Assembly: GCA_047495785.1 (NCBI GenBank) | Contig: JBLDXI010000009.1 | Coordinates: forward strand, 1,116,001 to 1,180,000 | DNA: 64,000 bases | Direction of reading: 5' to 3' | Source of the DNA: Lepidodermella squamata | Taxonomy: Eukaryota > Animalia > Gastrotricha | In this document: in pieces, positions 56,456-64,000 of the stretch | How positions within the stretch are numbered: position 1 is the first letter of the stretch | Layout: the number at the start of each line of letters is the position of its first letter | Made by a program: the position numbers and the translations under genes | The notes under the pieces: generated by a model | Databases searched by the model: none | Seen by the model: the letters and a program-made list of their open reading frames with translations, nothing else | What the model was told of the DNA's origin: nothing

Positions 56456-57360
56456 TTACCAATGGGCGTCGTGAAAAGCCGCGACTTTCTTTATAAAATC
56501 AACATGAGATGCGAATAAATTCAACTCCTGCCCGATGTCCGACCACTTTAGATCGCCGGCGTCGTCCCCAGCTTTCAGTGGGAATTGCTTAATAGTATCA
56601 CCAGTTTCGTCATGGAAATTTCTGACTGTTGTCTCCATCCACGCATTGTCCGTATTACGAGGGTCATCAACATAGCCACAATAAATCTCCTTTCCACTGG
56701 TGAAAAACTTCTTCAGTCCATCGAATAATTGTGGATCTTTTGACGGGTCGAAACCGTCCAAAGCTTCTTCGTGGAATTCTCGAATAAAAGTATCGTCAAG
56801 GCTTTCTCCAGGGTTCACTTTACCACCTGGAATAGCCCAGACTTGCAGATCACGACGACATATGGAAACGAACTGCAAAACAGGTTTCTTGCTCGACTCG
56901 TGCAGCACCTTACTTCCAGCCGAATTTCGTTTCCATCGCGTAACACAACAATCAGCAGCATGGTTTGGTCCCCAACGCGGTAATCTAACAACCAATAGAT
57001 GAAACAAGGAGAAATCAAGCGCTGCACACTTCTAGCATACCTCCCCCTACCAGTGATTCCTGTGCGACCCAAAGGATTCAGTGGATAGCCGGATTTATCC
57101 AGTTTATATCGACCGACATTGCTCACGCGATTAACTAACGCGTCGACGTCGTTGAACTTGAATGATGGTCCTTTAATTGAAATATCCACGTCAGTTTGAT
57201 CATGATGCCGTGGAGCATTGTAAAACACTGGTTTGTATGCGGGAAAATCGACTTCCCATGACACAAACTCATCCGGAACAGAAAACTTAACGACTTTGCT
57301 ACCGTCAGTGGTTGGATACTCAAGACAACGTGCGTTCTTGTGTGGACCGTTGAAGCTCAT
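56456..57360 (-). CDS. NUDT9: ADP-ribose pyrophosphatase; 2 exons
   Basis: PLNPLGRTGITGRG, RWGPNHAAD, WAIPGG, Nudix box REFHEE, GYVDDPRNTDNAWMET, AGDDA, LFASH. Confidence 0.93.
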
Positions 57361-60207
57361 TGAAATAAATTGGAAGTCTAGTCTAACAAAGAAAAATATG
57401 CTCACAATTAAACGCTCATATAACGCCTATGAACTTGGAAATATCTAACTTCTGTAATCCATTTTCATCTGAAAATGTTAATAGATAATCTGGAAGTAAT
57501 TGTATTACCTCAAAGCGAAGTAATATTCATAAACGGTCGACAGAGATGACTCGTCTCAACAAGCAACAAGGGTCAAGGGTTACCAGCAAAACTGAGTGTA
57601 AACGCAAAATGCTTGTACAAAATAAAATAAATATGCAATGCAGAATGTGAAGAAATTTGAGGGTGTTGAAAAAAATCTCACTGCGTAAATATCATTCAGA
57701 TAAGTATATAAGATATAAGATTGATGAATAGTTTTTCATAGTTTACTTAGGTCCCCTAAACCCTGAAACCTGAAGCAAGGATCATGAACCTCTTGAAAAT
57801 GTTGGGCTTGCGTCTTGCGTTACCGGCTTCCAAGGAAATAAAGCTAAGAGCTCGCTAAAAGGCGCAGTGCGCAGCTCTCGCTATAAACGTTGAGCGTAAT
57901 CAACAGGCAGAGTGAACGCATTGACGATAACTATCATGATGGCTTCAATGATTTAAGAGCATCGTGAATTTATCACTATACCAAAGCGGCCATACGTCTT
58001 TATGCGCTCGTATTTGTAACGGAAGCGGAAGCGAAAAATAAACACTTTCCATAACATCAGCCGATAATCAGATTCCAGAATAGTCAACAGTTACGTAATG
58101 GCTGAGAACTGTGTCAAAAGCTAGGAAGATGGAAGATGGGATAAGCTTGCGGTAGGAAGGCAGACACTCACTTTTCTCAGGCTCACTTTTATTCCACTCA
58201 AGCTTGGGATCTGGGATCTGAGAACCTGGTGGACCAAGACCTCAGAAAGCCAAACAGAAACCGCCGGGATACACCGATTTCTCCAGGTCCTCTATCGTTG
58301 CGAATTTAAATAAAATTTATGTTTATATGAGTTTTAGGTAATTTCAACAAATAGAAAATCATACAGACTTTAAAACTGAGTTTTACAGCCAAAGACTTGC
58401 CGCAGTCGAAAATGAAAAAAATCCAATCAGTTTTGGTTTGTCGATGTCGCGCTTGGTGTCTCTGCTATGCGCTATGCCGCAGATGTTTCTACTTGAGTCA
58501 ACTATACAACGCATAAGGGAAAATGAAGTTCTTGCAGCCCAAATCGAAAATCAGCCGCCATCTGATTGGCGATATCATGTTCATATAGCGACATGGCGAT
58601 ATCACTATGGTTCACATCCACATCCGGGGTGCTGCAACCCCGCACTCTTGCCTTCGGCTAGCAATAGCCACGAGAGGAACATTTGAAATTGTATACAAGG
58701 TGTATTAAGGATACCTTCAGTTTTGTTCTATGCATTGATTAGATGATGGTTGTACGTCAATTGAGTCAAAATTCAAGCTCACGTTTAACAACCGTTCCAT
58801 CGATCGCCTTCAAATCGTCTGTCGAGTCTATATCGATGTTTCAACTAACGGGAAAAAGGCGAATTGGCCAACCAATCGAAATACTAGTTTAAGTTCATGT
58901 TGGTCTGCTTGTTACCCACATCGGCGACACCTTGGTTGCTGAACAGCTCCTTATTGTTAGGATCACGTCAATTTACCATGCTCTGTTAGCTTCAATCGGC
59001 ACAATGGCCCCCATCAACTCGCGGCATCGCCAAGGTTGTGTCAAGATGCAACAAGTGATTCATTTGAAAACTTCCATAACAACAAAACAGCCACCCGCAA
59101 CCCGCAACAATGCAGACTTTGCTTCAGCTGGATGTGCTGAGTCTCTATGAAATGCACCAGTTCGAACCGATCTGTCACAGAAAGTCCCAAGAGCTGAATC
59201 GCCTTTGGCCGAAAAAGTATCACAATGATCTCAAGACGCCATGAGTTAATTAGTTGATTGGACCTGGAACTGGCCTAATCAACGTGTCATTCGTCATGCA
59301 AAACTGAACTTTTGGTTTTGAAGATCAGCCATGCATTGGATCTGAAAGAATTTAAAATCAAACGATTCTCCATCATGAAATCTGCTATGGCTATAATTTA
59401 ATTCAAATTATTTAAATTGAAAATTTGGCGAAAAAAGTCGTCACGTTAGACTTGGCCTGAAATGACCCATATTCGTAAACCGTTTTACCTCAGAAAGTAG
59501 GGTACACATGATGAATATGACCACAAAAAGACTTTAAGAGCATTTATTGATAAACTCCTTTACAATTTTATTCGACAAGTGAAAATCATTAGTAAAAACC
59601 TTTGTCAAAACAAGGAGCGATTGTCCATTTCAATTAATATCGGTATCTAAAGGTTATAAAGGACTGCTTAGGAACATATTATGCGAACTTGCAAACTAAT
59701 ACGATGTCAATGCTAAAATATATACTTCAGAGTAAATGTCGATGATCTCCCTGCTATCATGTGATTTTGAAAAACTAACAGCTCGAGATGGACCTTCAGA
59801 GTGATACAAAAATATTTTTTAGATCAAATTTATCATCTGACCACAACTCACTGAGCTGGAGTCTCGGGACTAATCAGTCTCAGTCTTCAAGTAAATAAAA
59901 TCACAACAAACAACATGAGAATGCAAAAAGATTATGCAGGCTGTAAGTATTATCAAACAAAAGGCAGCCGTAATAACAATCAATATGAGCCAAATCGCAG
60001 GTAGAAGAACTCGTGAAAACCGACTGAGAGCGAAACGTAACACAAATGGTATCAACAGTCTTTATCGTCCGACGGAAGCAATTCAGTCCTCAGTAAATCG
60101 CATTTGTACATATCAGAGAGCGATTAAAATATTATGCCGGATGGGGAAGGTTCAGACTCTTGTCGAGCGAAGCGTGAATTACTGCTTGATGTCAATCATT
60201 GATAAGG

Positions 60208-63200
60208 TTAAAGGCCTTCGGGCAGCTTTGCCAGGATCGATTCGTCATCTTCGGAATCCTCCTCAAATTTTGATATGGGAAGTTGGACAACAGAAAAAGC
60301 AGATTCAGTCGCTGAAGCTTCGACTTCCTGACTGATCCTCAGTAGAAGCTCGTCATCGGAATCGCTTGTCACATCGGCGTCAGGTATACATGCCAACTTC
60401 GCAATAAAAGAATCGTCGTCTTCGGAATCATACTCCAGGGGACGCTTTTGACTCGTGCATTTTACTGGAGTTGATGTTTGAATGGGGAGGTAATTCGGCT
60501 TTTCTTGTGCTTCTGCGTCGACCCCAATGAGCTCCAAGTTGAAAAACTGGGCGGTTATTGTCTCGGACCTTCCGGGGCATCTGACACTGAAAGACCACAC
60601 GCCACCGTTGTTTCTAAGGCGTGAATCGTCAAATTTCCAAAAGCCATGGGCTTCGGTGCCATCGGAACCACCTAAAAATTATATTTAATTGACCTCCCCA
60701 TACAATAAAGCCAAGATCTTACCAATTACTAGAACGAGCTGATTTCGGGTATCACATTGCCGGACATCCGCGAAATTAGTTACCCGCACGGTTGCAGTCA
60801 CAGTGGCTGAGTCTCTTGAAAACGGCTGCGTTTGTTTTAGATCAAGGCTATATCTGGGAATCCGACGAGCGCTGTTGATTAAATCGCGACCGAATGGGGC
60901 GTTACGGTGACACACTGCTTGAACATGATTTGGGTTGGCGGCTGCCAAAAGTTCAAAGGAAGTGTACCCAGCGTCAGCCAGGTGCCGTGAAAAAGCTACA
61001 CCAATGTTAACAAAATAGCGGGAGTAATATGGGCTGTCGTACCACAGCTTGACGTGCATGATTTTGTAAAACACACAGACTGCGTGAATGACACGTGTGA
61101 ACTTTTCTTGCCGTAGCTGAACAACTTCGAAAAGCCCTTTCGCCATTCTAGCCCCGCTTTCGAAAATTCGCTCCATTTCGCCTTTCAGCGACGAGTGAGT
61201 AAATTCATTGCCAGATAGTATCGCCTGAAGGCCGATGAAAACTTTCGTTTCCCGAGGGTTCAACTCCTCTGGCAAATCGAACCGGTTGAATTGATTAAAA
61301 CCCTTTAGATAGTCAGCTTCGTCTTCGCGAAGTACAGTAGACGATAATTCAGAACTATCAGCCAACGCTTGAAACAAATCTTGAAGGGACAGCTGAGGTT
61401 CGAGGGTCTTCTCCATTACAACTTTCATGGTGCTTAGGGACAAGTAAAGCTTGACCATCGCTCGGCCGTATGGTGAGGCGTAGACGAGATCGTCAGCTTT
61501 TTCACTGAATCTAACCAGGTCCAGAGAAGCGAGTTTTTCGAAGGATTTGTCAATTTCTTCATTTACAAAAGTCTCGGGCGAGATGTCCACCGGTGAAGTC
61601 GCGAAACTTTCGTTGAGTGTAGTAGACAGGTCGAGCTCCAGAGCAGCGCGGTTGCACATGTAGTATCCCATGTTTTTGCTAAGGCGCACATACAGAAAAG
61701 TGCTTTTCCCCCATCGGTAACCATCCTTGAGAGATTTGACAGTACCGAGGTCTATTTCGGCCATGAGGAACTCTGGAATAAAAGTGACGAAAATTATTGA
61801 GCATCAAATTCACTTATTTTCGGCTACGTACCGGTCATCCGGCGAAGGAGGCCTGACTCCAATGGCTTACCCTCGATGAGGGTTTCGTAGTAATGCACGC
61901 GTGCTGGGCGGGTTATGATCACCGCTTTGCCGCTAGTGTCGTATTGCGGCCGACCAGCCCGTCCAATCATCTGGAGAAGATCCGTGTCGCTAACTTCAAT
62001 CGGCTCGCCGTCTTGTCCCAAACAAAATCTCGTGCCTTTTATGACGACCATGTGAGCGGGAAGGTTAACACCCTGAGCCAAAGTGGTAGTAGAAACTGAA
62101 GGCAAATACTTGGGTCAAAATTCAAGTGATTACAAAGCGAACTTACAAAGTGCTTTTATTTTCATGCCTCTAAAAAGCTCCTCGATAGTATTCCTTTCCT
62201 TCTGGTTCAGTCCGGCATGGTGGAATGCTACGCCTCGCTCGACAACGCTTGCCAAAGTCGGATTTTCGGTCAGGGAATCGGAGGCTTCCTTCAAGTCTCT
62301 TCTATCGGACTCGGAAATCGCGTACGGCTGATGGTCGGCAAAATACTTGGCAGTTTCTTCGGTCGACTTTCGGGACATGCAAAAGACCAATCCTGGCTTA
62401 CCAGCGGAATATTGCTGCAAAACGCAGTTTGGTATCAAGAGACTTTTAGTTCGTGTTACCTTGTCTTACCTTGAAAATATCGGGCAGTCTACAGGTCAGA
62501 ACTCTGTCGAAGTCACGGTCACTGTTAGAGATCGAAAAACCAATCACGTGTTTTTCAAGTTTCACCGGTCGAAAGGAATCATCGAAAAAGTATGACAGGC
62601 TGTTTGGACCCAGCCATTCGTTGATATCAGTGACATTCTTGATCGTCGCCGATACGGCAACGATTCTCATGGGGAATTTTGAAGTATTTTGGAAGCTGAA
62701 ATTATAGAAATTCAAACATAGAATAGTCATTTCGATTGAATGACTAACAATTTGATACGCGTTAGCAGCGCCTCCAGAGTCGCACCTCGAGATGAATCGC
62801 CGATATTGTGGGCTTCGTCCACGAGGAACAACGTCGTTCATCAAAGAGCGATAGTTGCGGAAAATGGAATCAAGTTTTTCCGTGGTGCAGCAGATTACGT
62901 CGTTTTTCTTTAGGTCAGCATATACTTTGCCCTTGTGGTCACCGGTGATCAGTTCCACCTTAAAGCCGCACAGCTGGCCTTTTCGCTGCCAATCGATAAA
63001 TTTCTCCGACGATAGAGTTTTAAGAGGAGCCACTGAAATGAAGAGTAGGTAACATTTGCTTATTACAAGCGAAGAGCTTACTGTAAAAAACGGACGGCTT
63101 GGGGCGATGGGGGTTCATGAGTGCTCGGATCATCGCTATCTCGAGCAGCGTGGTTTTACCGCACGATGTTGGTGCGCTGATCACGATATTTTTGTTCGAA

Positions 63201-63354
63201 CCGATCAGCTGACAATTTGTGTTGCAGTATATGATGATAAAATAGACCGGGTTCAACTCACGTCTTTCAGCACGATTTTTTGGAGCTGATGGAAATTCTT
63301 AAACTCAAACATCCGCGCGAATTCTGGCGGTATTTCGGTGCTGGATGAAGCCAT
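60208..63354 (-). pseudogene. HFM1: HFM1/MER3 Ski2-like meiotic helicase copy A, full exon set but with one frameshift at ~62832
   Basis: APTSCGKT, ITGD, TTEK, [frameshift] LFLVDEAH, SAT, FRPVKL, KPGLVFC, FHHAGL, TTTLAQGVNLPAH, QMIGRAGRPQYD, STFLYVR, Sec63-like region with HRNAPFG. Family call is firm; pseudogene versus assembly error is unresolved. Confidence 0.75.
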
Positions 63355-63652
63355 CAGGTACTGAATGTGTAAAAACGCCCTATTGCCAAGTTCTGATTAT
63401 CGTCAAAAATGGTAAAAATGTTATAGTTCTCTAAATTGAAGGAAAATGTTAAAAAAAGCAATTAGCATCTCGATGCCAAAGTGGCTATAGCAAGGAAAAT
63501 TAACGCAAGCATAACAATAAAATATTAACGAAATCGAGAGATATTACATCGTGGATTATCTAGATTATAGCCAAACTGTGAGAGATTTTGTCAACAGTTT
63601 CGCGGGGTCATATGGAGGTTACCAAGGAGGCATCAAGCAAAATCTACCACAG

Positions 63653-64000
63653 TTATAAAAAACCCTCAGGTAATTTAGATAGCAAAGATTCGTCGTCTTC
63701 GGAATCCTCGAAGGTTTCAGTACTTCCGACTTCTTTTGTGACCGTGAAAACGATGTCGTCGAGGCATGGTATTCGAGCCAATTTAGCGACAAACGACTCC
63801 TCATCTTCCGATTCGAAATCAAAATTGCGCTTGGCGGCTGCGTTCTTCATCGGAGTGGAGGTCTGAATAATCACATTTACCGAGTAATTCGGGCTAATAG
63901 TAGCTTCAACATCAACTCCAATTATTTCCAAGCTGATTAGTTGAGCTTTTATCGTCTCCGATCTTCCTAGACATTTTTCTTGGAAAGTCCACGAACCATT
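63653..64000 (-). CDS. 3' end of a second, tandem HFM1-like gene (copy B), continuing beyond the window
   Basis: NGSWTFQEKCLGRSETIKAQLISLEIIGVDVEA...QTSTP...EDSEDDESLLSKLPEGFL* aligns to the last exon of copy A (GGVWSFSVRCPGRSETITAQFFNLELIGVDAEA...QTSTP...EDSEDDESILAKLPEGL*). Confidence 0.85.
   Translation of the reverse strand, partial: NGSWTFQEKCLGRSETIKAQLISLEIIGVDVEATISPNYSVNVIIQTSTPMKNAAAKRNFDFESEDEESFVAKLARIPCLDDIVFTVTKEVGSTETFEDSEDDESLLSKLPEGFL

Noticed and set aside
59934-60335. Plus-strand 133-aa ORF and the many other antisense ORFs in the track
   Set aside because: They overlap real genes or their 3' UTRs on the opposite strand and show no motifs.
62825-62840. Programmed ribosomal frameshift in HFM1
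   Set aside because: There is no slippery sequence or shifty stop, and about two residues appear missing relative to homologs, which fits a deletion.

Overview
This is eukaryotic (animal, probably invertebrate bilaterian) genomic DNA from a very compact genome. It holds about 25 intron-containing genes, mostly with ~45-60 nt GT-AG introns, so the ORF track fragments nearly every gene. Gene order: LRR-ZU5 protein(-), ER alpha-1,2-mannosidase(-), RNFT-like RING ligase(+), S6 kinase(-), a tRNA-derived SINE with target-site duplication, a decayed kinase relic, Yippee/YPEL(-), RAD51C(-), VRK(-), CD2BP2(+), Derlin-2(+), six tandem orphan class-A GPCRs(-), a highly divergent Cys-loop channel(-), CCT6(-), ASPDH-MCAT-malectin-SLC52-SDS3(+), a fibrinogen-domain protein(+), OSTC(-), NUDT9(-), and two tandem HFM1/MER3 helicase copies(-). 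Most notable: (1) several co-oriented gene pairs are only 92-144 bp apart with an apparently unpaired splice acceptor just before the downstream ATG, suggesting polycistronic operons resolved by SL trans-splicing; (2) a candidate chemosensory locus of six orphan GPCRs plus a non-cholinergic pLGIC; (3) a duplicated HFM1/MER3 with a frameshift just before the DEAH box that retention of the next intron would exactly cancel; (4) an apparently ancient RNFT-S6K tail-to-tail microsynteny. All calls come from manual translation and motif recognition. No database searches were run and the organism cannot be named.
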